Source: Pirellulales bacterium (lineage in GTDB: Bacteria > Planctomycetota > Planctomycetia > Pirellulales > PALSA-1355). Taken from it: a stretch of DNA of 64,000 nt. Shown here piece by piece: positions 30,761-41,302 of the stretch. A program made the position numbers and the translations under genes. The stretch's first letter is position 1; every line of letters starts with the position of its first letter. The stretch lies in contig CAVTBU010000007.1 of NCBI GenBank assembly GCA_963733035.1, positions 96,001 to 160,000 on the forward strand, read 5' to 3'. Below the pieces are notes generated by a model. The model was not told where the DNA came from and made no database searches. It saw nothing but the letters and a program-made list of their open reading frames with translations.

Positions 30761-32181
30761 ATGACGAGCCACGCGGTCACGCCGCTCGCATACGATGCCG
30801 CCGGTGCGATGATTCCCAAGACGGGGATCTCGAGTAACGATCTAGCCGAACTGCAGCCAGCGCTCGCGCGCGCAAGGATGAGGTTCTGGCCGATTTCGAT
30901 TTGTGGAAGCGCGGTGGCGATGTTCCCCACGACAAACAACCACTCGAGCCCGGGTTCATCGAGCTGCCCGCGCAACTACTGGGCGAATACCGCGAGTCGC
31001 GGCCGACGAGCCAGCTCAATCAGATCCTGGCCGCGGCCAACAAACTGGCCAACCTGGTCGACCGCGTGGTGCTGTTGGGCATCGGCGGCTCGTACATGGG
31101 TCCTCGGGCGATCTTCGAAGCCTGTTGCCATCCTCACTACAACGCGTTGAGCCGGGCGGAGCGCGGCGGGCATCCGCGGATTCACTTTGCCGGTCACAAC
31201 GTCGACAACGACTCCACGCAGGGTTTGCTCGACTTGCTTTCCGACAAGCCAACGCGCGACCTTGAAGGGCGGTGGGGAATCGTCGTCATCAGCAAGAGCG
31301 GCGGAACACTGGAAACGGCCGTCGCGTTTCGCCAATTCCTGACCGTACTCCGCCGGGCCTGCGTCGATGACTTGGAACTCGTCGCCGACCTGGTCGTTCC
31401 GGTCACCGGCTCGTCGGGCCGCCTGTTCGAATTGGCTCGCGCGCTTGGCTGCGAGGAGATTTTTCCGATCCCCGATGGCGTTGGCGGCCGCTACTCGGTC
31501 CTGTCGGCGGTGGGCTTGTTGCCGGCGGCCATCATGGGTGTGGACGTGATTCGGCTGCTCGAAGGCGCCGCGGCCATGACCGAACATTTCCGCGCGGCGG
31601 CGCCCGACGAGAACCTGGTACTGCGCTACGTTGGCGTGTCGCACCTAATGGAGAAGCGCCGCGGAGCGACGACCCGCGTGATGGCCTCGTGGTCCAATGC
31701 ACTGGAAGCGACTGGCCAGTGGTATGACCAGTTGCTCTCGGAAAGCCTCGGCAAGAATCAGCAGGGTGTGACGCCGTTGTCGGTGGTCAATACGCGAGAC
31801 TTGCATTCGCGCGCACAGCAGCACCAGCAAGGTCGTCGCGACAAGCTAATTACGAATGTAATGGTCGACTCGAACCGTCGCGAAAAGTTGCTGGTCGGTA
31901 GTTCCGATTTGGACGAAGACCAGCTGAACTCGCTGGCCGATAAATCGCTCGCCGATCTGATGGCGGCGGCGATCGCCGGCACAACACAGGCCTACGCCGA
32001 GGATGGTCGGCCGACCGCGGATATTCATTTACCGAAGCTTGACGAAGCATCGCTGGGACAGTTCTTTCAGATGATGATGCTGGCCACCGCGGTTGAAGGA
32101 CGCTTATGCGGCGTCAATCCCTATGGCCAGCCCGGTGTTGAAGGATATAAAAGGCACATGAACGCGCTGTTGCAGAAGTAG
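30761..32181 (+). CDS. pgi: Glucose-6-phosphate isomerase; apparent frameshift near 30876
   Basis: GIGGSYMG, ISKSGGTLET, VGGRYSVLS, QLLSESLGK, DLHS and NPYGQPGVEGYK. ORF 30761 joins as ARAR-DEVLADF. Confidence 0.9.
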
Positions 32182-32219
32182 CGCGCCGAACGAATGCGCG
32201 GCACGAAAGCGAGGTCATC

Positions 32220-32906
32220 ATGGCGACGACGTTACGTTGGCTGGGGCACAACACCTGGAGCCTCGATACCGGCCAGCACAAGCTGATCATCGATCCGTTT
32301 CTGAATGATTCGCCAACATCGCCGGTGAAAGCCGACGCCGTCGATGCCGATTTCGTGCTGGTCTCGCACGGCCATTTCGACCACGTGGCCGATGCGCTGG
32401 CCATCGTCAAGCGTACCGGAGCCACGGCGGTCTCGAACTTCGAGATCTGCGAATGGCTCGCCGGCCAAGGCGCTCAGAACACCCAGCCGATGAACCACGG
32501 CGGACAAATCGAACTGCCGTTTGGCCACGTGAAGTACACGCTGGCGTTTCATAGCTCGGTGCTTCCCGACGGCACCTACGGCGGCAACCCCGGAGGGTTT
32601 CTGCTCAGCCTGGCCAACGGCAAGAAACTTTACTTCGCCTGCGACACGGCCCTGTTCAGCGACATGCAGCGGATTGGCGCTGTGGGGCTTGACCTGGCCG
32701 TGGTGCCCATCGGCGACCGTTTCACGATGGGTATCGAGGACTCGGTCGACGCCGTCAAGTTGCTCGAACCGACTCGCGTGCTTCCCTGCCACTACAACAC
32801 CTGGCCGCCAATCGCGCAAGACGCCAAAGCCTGGGCCGCGAAAGTCAAAGCCGAAACCAACGCCGAACCCATCGTGCTGGAACCCGGCGAAACCGTGACG
32901 TTGTAA
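32220..32906 (+). CDS. Metal-dependent hydrolase, metallo-beta-lactamase fold (UPF0173-like)
   Basis: WLGH, IDPFL, SHGHFDH, HSS, PIGDRFTM and PCHYNTW. Confidence 0.9.
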   Translation: MATTLRWLGHNTWSLDTGQHKLIIDPFLNDSPTSPVKADAVDADFVLVSHGHFDHVADALAIVKRTGATAVSNFEICEWLAGQGAQNTQPMNHGGQIELPFGHVKYTLAFHSSVLPDGTYGGNPGGFLLSLANGKKLYFACDTALFSDMQRIGAVGLDLAVVPIGDRFTMGIEDSVDAVKLLEPTRVLPCHYNTWPPIAQDAKAWAAKVKAETNAEPIVLEPGETVTL

Positions 32907-32943
32907 CGTGGACTGCAACTCCTCCAGCCAACAGACGTGAACC

Positions 32944-33327
32944 GTGCGGAAAGTACACCTCGAACGGTCGCTGGCCCAATTTAGCGATTACTGGAATCCG
33001 CGAATCGTCGGCGAGTTGAATGGGCAACACGTAAAGCTCGCAAAGTTCCTCGGCGAATTCGACTGGCATCACCACGCCGACGAAGATGAAATGTTTTTGG
33101 TCCTGCGCGGTTCCTTTCGCATGGAGTACCGCGATCCGAATGGCACCCCGCAAAGCCTGCACTTGGAGGCGGGCGAATTCGTCACCGTTCCGCGTGGTAC
33201 GGAACATCGACCTTGTGCGGACACGGAGTGCCACGTCCTGTTGTTTGAGCCTGCCGGCACCCTGAACACCGGAAACGTTCGCAGTGACAAAACGATTGAA
33301 CATCCGCCCGAACTGCGAGTGGAATAA
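32944..33327 (+). CDS. Cupin domain protein
   Basis: WNPRIVGELN, GEFDWHHHADEDEMF, VPRGTEHRP and NTGN. Confidence 0.88.
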   Translation: MRKVHLERSLAQFSDYWNPRIVGELNGQHVKLAKFLGEFDWHHHADEDEMFLVLRGSFRMEYRDPNGTPQSLHLEAGEFVTVPRGTEHRPCADTECHVLLFEPAGTLNTGNVRSDKTIEHPPELRVE

Positions 33328-33360
33328 CGTCGCGACTCGTTGACGGACAGGCCGCGGCGG

Positions 33361-33675
33361 TTATTTGTCTACCCGTACTTGGATTTCATCCCCCACGACG
33401 CGGACTTCGAATGCGTCGGTTTTGATGCGAGGATTGTCGCACCAGGTGCCGTCCGAAGTGCGGAATCGCCAGGCATGCCAGGGACAGGTGACGATGCCGC
33501 CCTCTAGGTTGCCGTCGGCCAGCGAGGCGCCCATGTGCGGACACAAGTCGTTGATGGCCTGATAGACGCCGCCGCCAAGATTGAATACGGCCACCAGCTT
33601 ATCTCCCACCGGAAACGCCATCCCGGTCCCTTCGGCAATCGCGCCGACCTTGGCAACAGTCACAAATTCAGACAT
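33361..33675 (-). CDS. Rieske [2Fe-2S] ferredoxin (NirD/dioxygenase ferredoxin-like)
   Basis: CPHMG...CPWH Rieske ligands; 104 aa from ATG 33675. Confidence 0.9.
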   Translation of the reverse strand: MSEFVTVAKVGAIAEGTGMAFPVGDKLVAVFNLGGGVYQAINDLCPHMGASLADGNLEGGIVTCPWHAWRFRTSDGTWCDNPRIKTDAFEVRVVGDEIQVRVDK

Positions 33676-33874
33676 ACGAAACCCGGCGACTCCAGCGGTA
33701 GTTTGCCCCAACGAATACATGGCCGGCCCGCGTTGCCGAACCATGTGCAGTCTATCTTAGGAAGAGACGCCAGCGGCGAATAGGGCTCGGCGTTTCGCCT
33801 GTCCGGTCGCCGTGATTTTTGCGATATTTGTAGCTGGGGTTTCCCCGCTGCCTCTCGATACTGCCCCCGTCTTC

Positions 33875-34711
33875 ATGCCCAACTTTCGACTCCTGGCAAT
33901 CGACATCGATGGCACGCTCGTCAACAGTCAACACGAGCTGACCGAACGTACGCGCCAGGCGGTACTGCGGGCCAGGCGGGAGGGAGTTGAAATCGTGCTG
34001 GCCACCGGGCGGCGCTATAGCCGTGTGTTGCCGCTCGTCGAGCCGCTCGAATTGAACGTGCCGTTGATCACCGCCAGCGGCGCGCTGGTGAAACGGGCCT
34101 CCGACCATCAAACGCTGTTCCGCGCCGAGTTTCTGCCAGGCGCGCTCGAGCATTGTCTCGAGGTGGTAGGCCACGTTGGCTTCGAGGCCGTGCTGTATGG
34201 CGATACCTACGATGCGGGATTCGACTTTTACCACCGCGCGGAGGATTCGACGTCGCCCCTTTTGAGCGAATTCTTCGCCAAGAACGCCGGGTTTGGACGC
34301 GTGCACCCCGAGATCATGACGCGTCCGCCCGAGGGAGTCTTCGCTGGCTTCGCCATGGGCACCCGCGTGGAGATGTTGCACTTGCAGGCGGAACTCGCTC
34401 GACATCTGCCGGAGCTGCTTTACGTGCACGTGCTCCGCAGCCCCCGCTATGCCGGCTTCATGTGTGAGATTGCTCCCTACGGCGTGAGCAAATGGACCGG
34501 CGTTTATCGGTTGGCCGAGGAGTGGGGCATTTCGCCGGAGGAAATCTGCGCCGTGGGAGATGATGTCAATGATATTCCGATGATCCAGGCCGCCGGTCTG
34601 GGTATCGCGATGGGCAATGCCGTCGACGAAGTGAAAGCAGCCGCGGATCGCGTCGCTCCGGCCAATGATGAGGACGGATTGGCCAAGGTCGTGGAGTGGG
34701 TTTTGCGGTAG
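33875..34711 (+). CDS. Cof-type HAD-IIB hydrolase
   Basis: DIDGTL, LATGR, VSKW, GDDVNDIPM and AMGNA. Confidence 0.93.
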   Translation: MPNFRLLAIDIDGTLVNSQHELTERTRQAVLRARREGVEIVLATGRRYSRVLPLVEPLELNVPLITASGALVKRASDHQTLFRAEFLPGALEHCLEVVGHVGFEAVLYGDTYDAGFDFYHRAEDSTSPLLSEFFAKNAGFGRVHPEIMTRPPEGVFAGFAMGTRVEMLHLQAELARHLPELLYVHVLRSPRYAGFMCEIAPYGVSKWTGVYRLAEEWGISPEEICAVGDDVNDIPMIQAAGLGIAMGNAVDEVKAAADRVAPANDEDGLAKVVEWVLR

Positions 34712-34794
34712 AATGGGCTAGGCAAACCCGCACCCGCCCGGTTTGACCCAGACTATTGGTGTCGTTTGATCCTCAGCCGTTATCGAGAGTTGTC

Positions 34795-37641
34795 ATGCAT
34801 TGTTTTGTCCGTCGCTCCGCCACTCTGGCCGCGATCGCGGGCTTGATGCTGGCGGCGGCCGCGGCACGGGCTGTCGACCCCGAATCGCCCGACGCGGCAT
34901 CCGTGGCCCGGCGGCTACTTGATGAGGGCAAATACGCTGAGGCCGAAGAGAAGTTCCGCGGCCTGCAAGCCGAACAACCGCTGATCGCTGCCGTTGGCAT
35001 CGCGCGTTGCCAACGTGCCACCGGGCATCGCGACGCGGCGGCCGAAACCCTGACGGCGACCTTCCAAAAGCACGCCGAAGCGGCCGTGCTCCCGGCGGAA
35101 ATGGCCGCGATCGCACTCGAGCGCGGCGATTACCCGGCAGCCACCGAGCTACTCGAAAAGGCCCTGCGGCTTGATGCCGATCAGGTGCAAGCCCATTGGC
35201 TGCGTGGCGAACTACGCGCCTCCACCGGTCAGCTCGACCAGGCCAATGCCGACTACGAGTGGCTCGTCGAATTCTATAACGCCCACGATGTCGACGACCC
35301 CGACACGCTACGCTGGATCGGCTTGGGTGCGGCCCAATTTGCCCGTTGGAACCGACTTAGTGATCAGTTCGGGTTTTTGGTTAACGAGTACTTTTCCGAA
35401 CTCGCAGGGCGGGTTCCCAGCTATTGGCCTGCCCATTACGAAGCAGGTCGCCTATTTGCCGAAAAGTACAACGACGCCGAGGCGGCCAAGGAATTCAAGG
35501 CCGCCCAGGTTATCAATGGTAATGCCGCCGAAGTGCATGCGGCCATCGGCGCTCAGTCGCTCGATCAATTTGAACTTGGTCCGGCGTTGGCCTCCTGCGA
35601 GCAGGCCCTGGCAATCAATCCCCAGCTGCTCGCGGCGCATCAGCTGCGGGCGGATATCCACTTTGCGAATTTCGAGCCTCGCGCGGCTGCCGGAGTGCTG
35701 AGCGATGCACTGAAATTGAACCCGGTTTCCGAAGATACCCTCGGGCGCTTGGCCGCCGCGTATCTTTCGACCGACGGCACGGCCAATCGCGGTTCGGAAA
35801 CACGATTCGGCAAGATCGTCGCCGAAGTCAACGACCGCAATCCACACGCGGGCCGTTTCTACCTGGCTCTGGCCGACGCGCTCGATCGTCTGCGCCGCTG
35901 GCCGGCGGCGGCCGAATATTATCGTGAAGCCATGACGCGCATGCCCCGGCTGATCGAGCCCGCGGGTCGGTTGGGCATGATGCTGATGCGTTTGGGCGAG
36001 GAAGCCGAGGCCAAGCAAGTGCTCGACGCCTCGTTCGCGGCCGATCCGTTCAACGTTCGTGTGAACAACACGCTCAAAGTGCTGGAAGTGCTCGACGGCT
36101 ACGAGGTGCACGAGACCGAGCACTTTCGCATCAAGTTCGATCCGGAGAAAGATCGGCTTACCGCCCAATATATGGGGCGCTGGCTTGAGCAGGTCTATCC
36201 ACAGCTCGTCGGCCAATTGGGCTATGCTCCCCCGGAGAAGTCGCTGTTCGAAGTCTTCAATCATGCCCGAAATACGGACGGTCACGGCTGGTTTAGCGCG
36301 CGGATGGTAGGCCTGCCGCGGATTCATCCGATTGGAGCCTGTGCCGGCAAGATCGTGGCGTTGAAGTCTCCCAGCGAAGGAGACCAGCGATTCAATTGGG
36401 CACGCGTGCTCAAGCACGAGTTCGTGCACGTGATCAATCTGCAGCAAACCGACTTCAACATACCGCATTGGTTTACCGAAGCGTTGGCCGTTTTGAACGA
36501 GGGCTACCCGCGACCGCAGGAGTGGAACCAGTTGCTCGTCGCGCGGGCGACGCAAGGCAAGTTGTTCAATCTTGATACCATCAACTTTGGTTTCATTCGG
36601 CCGCAGTCGAGCGATGACTGGACGCTGGCCTATTGCCAGGCCGAGTTGTACGCCGAGTACTTGCTCGAGCGATTTGGCGACGATGCCATCGCCAAAATGC
36701 TCGCCGCCTATGCCGATAACCTGAGCACGACCGAAGCCATCCAGCGAAGCTTCAGCGTCAATCAGCCGGATTTCGAACGCGGCTATCAAGAGTTCGTCAA
36801 GAAAATCCTCGCCGATCTACCACCGGCCGAGTCAGACGGCGAAAAGTCGCTGGCCGAAATACAAAAGGCCCTGGCCGCGAACCCAGAGGATCCGCAGTTG
36901 CTCGCCGAATCGGCCCAAGCGCAGCTCAACCGTCGCAACTATCCCCAGGCGCGCCGGCAGGCCGACGCCGCGCTCGGCCGCGATCCGAAGAACCAGCTCG
37001 CCCACTATGTTCGCGCCCGGCTGCATCTGCTCGTCGGCGAAAACCGCGAGGCATTCGACCGGCTGGAGAAAAATCTCGACCGCGATCATCCGCAGTCCAA
37101 CCTGCTGGCGCTGCTGGCCGGGCTCAAGCTGCGGGCCCAGGACTACGCCGCGGCAGCCGATCTGTACGAGTTGGGGGCTGCTCACGATCCGGGCGGCAGC
37201 AAGTGGCTCAAGTCGCTAGCGGCCGTGTATTTGAAGTCGGGCGACAACGCCAAGCTGCAGCCGGTGTTGGAAAAGCTGGCCGGAATGGACCCCGATGACT
37301 TGCCGCTACGGAAAAAACTGGCTCAACTGGCCATCGAGCGCCAGGATTGGCCGGCGGCCGAGCGCTGGACGCTGGAAGGCTTGCATATTCAGGTCCAGGA
37401 TGCCAACCTGCATGTTTGGCGCGCGATGGCCCTGGCCGCCCAGGACAAGGCCGCCGAGGCGGCCGACGAATATGCCGCCGCCGTCGAGCTTTCGCCCGAC
37501 GACCCAAAGTTGCCGATCGAGTACGCCAGGACGCTCGTCCGGGCCGGCCGAAAAGCCGAAGCCCGCGGCGTTCTCGAAGAGTTGCTCAAGCGTGCGGGCG
37601 ATGATCCCGAAGCGCGGAAATTGCTGAAGACGTTGCAGTAG
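34795..37641 (+). CDS. Exported TPR protein with a central zinc metallopeptidase (peptidase MA-like) domain
   Basis: Signal peptide ending ARA; TPR-like arrays on both sides of HEFVH...PHWFTEALA (HExxH plus E). Confidence 0.85.
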   Translation: MHCFVRRSATLAAIAGLMLAAAAARAVDPESPDAASVARRLLDEGKYAEAEEKFRGLQAEQPLIAAVGIARCQRATGHRDAAAETLTATFQKHAEAAVLPAEMAAIALERGDYPAATELLEKALRLDADQVQAHWLRGELRASTGQLDQANADYEWLVEFYNAHDVDDPDTLRWIGLGAAQFARWNRLSDQFGFLVNEYFSELAGRVPSYWPAHYEAGRLFAEKYNDAEAAKEFKAAQVINGNAAEVHAAIGAQSLDQFELGPALASCEQALAINPQLLAAHQLRADIHFANFEPRAAAGVLSDALKLNPVSEDTLGRLAAAYLSTDGTANRGSETRFGKIVAEVNDRNPHAGRFYLALADALDRLRRWPAAAEYYREAMTRMPRLIEPAGRLGMMLMRLGEEAEAKQVLDASFAADPFNVRVNNTLKVLEVLDGYEVHETEHFRIKFDPEKDRLTAQYMGRWLEQVYPQLVGQLGYAPPEKSLFEVFNHARNTDGHGWFSARMVGLPRIHPIGACAGKIVALKSPSEGDQRFNWARVLKHEFVHVINLQQTDFNIPHWFTEALAVLNEGYPRPQEWNQLLVARATQGKLFNLDTINFGFIRPQSSDDWTLAYCQAELYAEYLLERFGDDAIAKMLAAYADNLSTTEAIQRSFSVNQPDFERGYQEFVKKILADLPPAESDGEKSLAEIQKALAANPEDPQLLAESAQAQLNRRNYPQARRQADAALGRDPKNQLAHYVRARLHLLVGENREAFDRLEKNLDRDHPQSNLLALLAGLKLRAQDYAAAADLYELGAAHDPGGSKWLKSLAAVYLKSGDNAKLQPVLEKLAGMDPDDLPLRKKLAQLAIERQDWPAAERWTLEGLHIQVQDANLHVWRAMALAAQDKAAEAADEYAAAVELSPDDPKLPIEYARTLVRAGRKAEARGVLEELLKRAGDDPEARKLLKTLQ

Positions 37642-37650
37642 GAATGCCCG

Positions 37651-37980
37651 ATGACGCCTGAGAATCCATCACCTCCAAACGTCTCGCTTGCTGATTTTCA
37701 GCAGCTAATTCGCGATATGTATTTCGAGAAAGACGTCGCCCGCGGAATCGATGGGACATTCATGTGGTTGATGGAAGAGGTTGGCGAGTTGGCGTCGGCA
37801 TTGCGCAACGGCACGCACGAGGAGAGGCTCGGAGAGTTCGCCGACGTGTTGGCCTGGCTGGCCACGATCGCCAACGTTGCGGGCGTCGACCTGAGCGAGG
37901 CCGTGGCTCTCAAGTATGGCTCGGGCTGTCCGGGTTGCGGACAATTCGCCTGCACCTGTGCCGACGCGGAGAAGCCATGA
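37651..37980 (+). CDS. MazG-like nucleotide pyrophosphohydrolase with a C-terminal Cys cluster
   Basis: EEVGELA...EFADV; tail CPGCGQFACTC. Confidence 0.88.
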   Translation: MTPENPSPPNVSLADFQQLIRDMYFEKDVARGIDGTFMWLMEEVGELASALRNGTHEERLGEFADVLAWLATIANVAGVDLSEAVALKYGSGCPGCGQFACTCADAEKP

Positions 37981-40271
37981 AAGGCGGCGCGATGGTGAGG
38001 CGGAACCTGGTGGCCCCCGTGTTGGTCGCTGTTTGCCTGGTGGCGTGGCTGCCGCGATCGCGCTCGGCGGTCGCTCAAGATAAGGCCGCTCCCGCGAAAC
38101 CAACGGCCGGCGTGGTCGAGGCGTCGACCGCTGCGACGCCGCGAATCGCCGCGCTTCGCCCCGGCTTCAAGGGTCACTTCAAGGTCGGCTATTGGACTCC
38201 TTTCGTGGTCGAGCTTGTCGGCGGCAGCGAGACCGTCGAGGGACGCGTGCGACTCACGGTTCCCGATAGCGACGGCGTGTTGAGCCGCGTGCACGCTCCG
38301 GCCTCCGGTCAATTGACCCTCGAGGCGGGTCAACGGAAGAGCGTGCGGCTGTACGCCAAGCTTGGGCAAATTACGGGCGACGTGACCGTCAGCCTGGTCA
38401 ACGAGTCAGGAGGTGTTCTGACCACCCGCCGCTTTCAGGCTGGCGACGAAGGCCCGCTATCTGGCGTCATGCCGTCGAGTTCAACCTTGCTGGTTTCCGT
38501 CGGGGCCAAATCCGAGCGAGCAGGTTCTTCAGCGGTTACTCGCGGCACTGAAATGATCCAACTTGCCGAGGTCGCCGCATTGCCAACCGAGTGGTGGGGG
38601 CTCGAAGGAGTCGACACGCTCCTGCTCAACACCAGTGATCCGCGCATCGGCGAGGAACTGTCTCGAGCAGAGGCTCAACTTGCGGCCCTGGAGCTTTGGG
38701 TGCGCATGGGAGGACGAATGGTGCTCAGTGTTGGCCGGCGCGGTGAGGAGCTGCTGGCGTCCGGATCGCCGCTCGCGCCGTTCGCTCCCGGCGAGTTCGA
38801 GTCGGTCGTGCCGCTGCGGCAGGGCACGATGCTCGAAACCTATGCCGAAAGTGCCGAACCACTGGCGGCGGGCGCAGCGCTCAAGCTTGACGTCACCAAA
38901 CTGCGGAACGTACGTGGGCGGGTCGATGCCTTTGCCGGCACGGGGCCCCGCGATTTGCCCCTCGTCGTTCGCGCGCCGCATGGCTTTGGGCAGATCGTCT
39001 TTGTGGCGTTTGAGTTGGATCAGCCCCCCTTGTCCGACTGGGTTGCCAAAGGTCAACTCCTGGAGAAGATCCTGGGCCGATTCGCTTCCAAGGCCAGCGA
39101 TGAAGACTCCAGCACGCTGGGCGCCGTCACTACTTTGGGATTTGTCGATCTGTCGGGGCAGTTGCGCGGTGCGCTCGATCAGTTTGACGAGGTGCGGCTC
39201 GTGCCTTTTTGGTTCGTGTCGATCCTGGTGACCTTGTATGTACTGTTCATTGGTCCGCTCGACTACTACCTGGTCAAGCATGTAATCAAACGGCCACGAC
39301 TCACATGGATTACCTTTGCGCTCACGGTCGTGGCGTTCTCCGCCGGAGCCGTGCTAATGGCCTTTGGGCTCAAGGGGCGCGAGTTGCGAGTCAATCAACT
39401 CGACGTGGTTGACTTCGACGCCGAAAGTGGTTTCGTGCGCGGCACCAGTTGGTCGAACCTGTTCAGTCCCGAAATCGAAACCTACGATCTTTCGCTCGCG
39501 CCCAGCGCCGGCCAGACATCCGCCGGGGACGCTCGAGGAGGAGTGCTTTTCTCCTGGTTTGGACTCACCGGAACGGGCTTTGGGGGCGTCGACGCGGTGG
39601 GAAGTGCAACCGGCGGCATGGGGGCAGCTTCCGGCAGCCTGCCGCTCTTTAGCGTCGCATACGACTACTCGGCTCAACTCGATCGCATCGAGCGCGTGCC
39701 GATTGCGCAATGGGCGAGCAAAGCGTTCGTGGGCCGCTGGTGGCAACTGGGCAGCGGCGGCGTCGAAGCCAAGCTTGCCGACGACGGCCGTTTGGTTGGC
39801 ACCGTGACCAATCACCTCGACGTGCCGCTGACCCATGCCGTGCTGGTTTACGACCGCTGGGCCTACGTGATTCACGATTTCGCGCCGGGCCGACAGATCG
39901 ACTTGGAGTTCGATATCGATCCGCAAACCGTCGACACCTATCTGCGGCACGTCACGGCCGTAGGCGATCGGAAAGTCGCGGCCGCGTATAATCAGGCCTC
40001 GTTCGACGTGGCACGGATCGTTGAGGTCATGACCGGTCAGGAACTCGTCGCCGGCGGAAAAGCCTATACCGGCTTGGCGAATCAGTACCAGGGTTTCGTC
40101 GAATTGAGTGATCTGGTGCGTCTGGGTCGAGCGGTCCTCATCGGGCGCGTTGCCAAAGCGGGCTCGACGCTCGAGCGGGACGGCAAACCGCTGGCCGGCG
40201 CCGACGTAGAAACCAACGCCTGGACCTTCCACCGTTATGTGTTTCCCGTGGCGGAGCAGGGCACTCCCTAG
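37977..40271 (+). CDS. Large membrane protein with an extracytoplasmic GATase-like domain
   Basis: ATGA overlap, signal peptide, KVGYWTP, WVRMGG, two central TM helices (YVLFIGPLDY...WITF). Confidence 0.75.
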   Translation: MKGGAMVRRNLVAPVLVAVCLVAWLPRSRSAVAQDKAAPAKPTAGVVEASTAATPRIAALRPGFKGHFKVGYWTPFVVELVGGSETVEGRVRLTVPDSDGVLSRVHAPASGQLTLEAGQRKSVRLYAKLGQITGDVTVSLVNESGGVLTTRRFQAGDEGPLSGVMPSSSTLLVSVGAKSERAGSSAVTRGTEMIQLAEVAALPTEWWGLEGVDTLLLNTSDPRIGEELSRAEAQLAALELWVRMGGRMVLSVGRRGEELLASGSPLAPFAPGEFESVVPLRQGTMLETYAESAEPLAAGAALKLDVTKLRNVRGRVDAFAGTGPRDLPLVVRAPHGFGQIVFVAFELDQPPLSDWVAKGQLLEKILGRFASKASDEDSSTLGAVTTLGFVDLSGQLRGALDQFDEVRLVPFWFVSILVTLYVLFIGPLDYYLVKHVIKRPRLTWITFALTVVAFSAGAVLMAFGLKGRELRVNQLDVVDFDAESGFVRGTSWSNLFSPEIETYDLSLAPSAGQTSAGDARGGVLFSWFGLTGTGFGGVDAVGSATGGMGAASGSLPLFSVAYDYSAQLDRIERVPIAQWASKAFVGRWWQLGSGGVEAKLADDGRLVGTVTNHLDVPLTHAVLVYDRWAYVIHDFAPGRQIDLEFDIDPQTVDTYLRHVTAVGDRKVAAAYNQASFDVARIVEVMTGQELVAGGKAYTGLANQYQGFVELSDLVRLGRAVLIGRVAKAGSTLERDGKPLAGADVETNAWTFHRYVFPVAEQGTP

Positions 40272-40294
40272 CACATTCACTGAGGGCGCAACCG

Positions 40295-41242
40295 TTGATC
40301 GAAGCACACGACCTGACCATGAAGTATGGCGAGCTGTACGCCGTCAAATCCCTGGAGCTCGACCTCCAAAAAGGGGACGTGTTTGGCTTCATCGGCCCCA
40401 ACGGCGCCGGCAAGACGACCACCATGCGGATGTTGGCCACGCTCTTGCATCCCACCTGGGGCGAAGCCTACGTTTGCGGACATTCGATCTATACCCACCC
40501 GCGCGACATTCGCCGCCTGGTGGGCTACATGCCCGATTTCTTCGGCGTGTACGACGACATGAAGGTGATCGAATACCTCGAGTTTTTCGCCGCGGCCTAT
40601 CGCATCAAGGGGGCCGCCCGCCGCAAGGTGTGCGACGAAGTGCTCGACCTGGTCGATTTGGGCTACAAACGCGAGGCGCTCGTCACCAGCCTGTCGCGCG
40701 GCATGACGCAGCGGTTGGGCCTGGCCCGCGTGCTGTTGCACGATCCGCAGGTTCTCTTGCTCGACGAGCCGGCCAGCGGCCTCGATCCCCGCGCTCGCAT
40801 CGAAATTCGAGGTTTGCTCAAGGAGTTGCGGGGGCTGGGAAAAACGATCATGGTTTCGAGCCACATTCTGCCCGAACTGGCCGATATCTGTAATAAGATC
40901 GGCATCATCGAGCGGGGAGAACTGCTGGTCAACGCCGACGTCGATGAAGTGATGAAGCAGGTTCGGCGGCAGACGATTCTCAATATTGGCGTCTCCGAAA
41001 AGCCGGACGCCGCGGCCAAGTTGCTCGGCGAACATCCCGACGTCGAGAAAGTCGAACCGCGCGCGAAGGCGCCCGCCGGCAAGAACCCGCCGCTGGTCGT
41101 GACCCTCAAACCCGACATCGTTGACTACAGTCCTCTGGCGACGCTGCTGGTGCACAGCGGTTTCAAGTTGACGCTGTTCCGCGAGGAAGAGCTCAACCTG
41201 GAAACGGCATTCCTGGCACTGACCAAGGGAATTACCTCCTAG
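40295..41242 (+). CDS. ABC transporter ATP-binding protein (ABC-2/DrrA-like)
   Basis: GPNGAGKTT, LSRGM, LLLDEPASGLDP, SSH and LETAF. Confidence 0.95.
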   Translation: MIEAHDLTMKYGELYAVKSLELDLQKGDVFGFIGPNGAGKTTTMRMLATLLHPTWGEAYVCGHSIYTHPRDIRRLVGYMPDFFGVYDDMKVIEYLEFFAAAYRIKGAARRKVCDEVLDLVDLGYKREALVTSLSRGMTQRLGLARVLLHDPQVLLLDEPASGLDPRARIEIRGLLKELRGLGKTIMVSSHILPELADICNKIGIIERGELLVNADVDEVMKQVRRQTILNIGVSEKPDAAAKLLGEHPDVEKVEPRAKAPAGKNPPLVVTLKPDIVDYSPLATLLVHSGFKLTLFREEELNLETAFLALTKGITS

Positions 41243-41270
41243 GCGGCCAAGCACATCTCCAAGTACGCGG

Positions 41271-41289
41271 AGCGAACCAACCGTTCGCT
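41271..41289. terminator. Hairpin between convergent genes
   Basis: agcgaac-caacc-gttcgct, 7-bp stem, no clear U-tract. Confidence 0.35.
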
Positions 41290-41302
41290 GCGGATACCTT
41301 CT

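Noticed and set aside
30870..30880. Programmed ribosomal frameshifting or phase variation in pgi and the other split genes
   Set aside because: No slippery heptamers or long homopolymers. The scatter across unrelated genes favours sequencing error.
33361..33675. nirD or a ring-hydroxylating dioxygenase system
   Set aside because: No nirB or oxygenase subunits nearby, so only a generic Rieske ferredoxin call is supported.
37651..37980. MazG as part of a toxin-antitoxin or defence module
   Set aside because: No mazEF, nucleotide-signalling or other defence genes adjacent.
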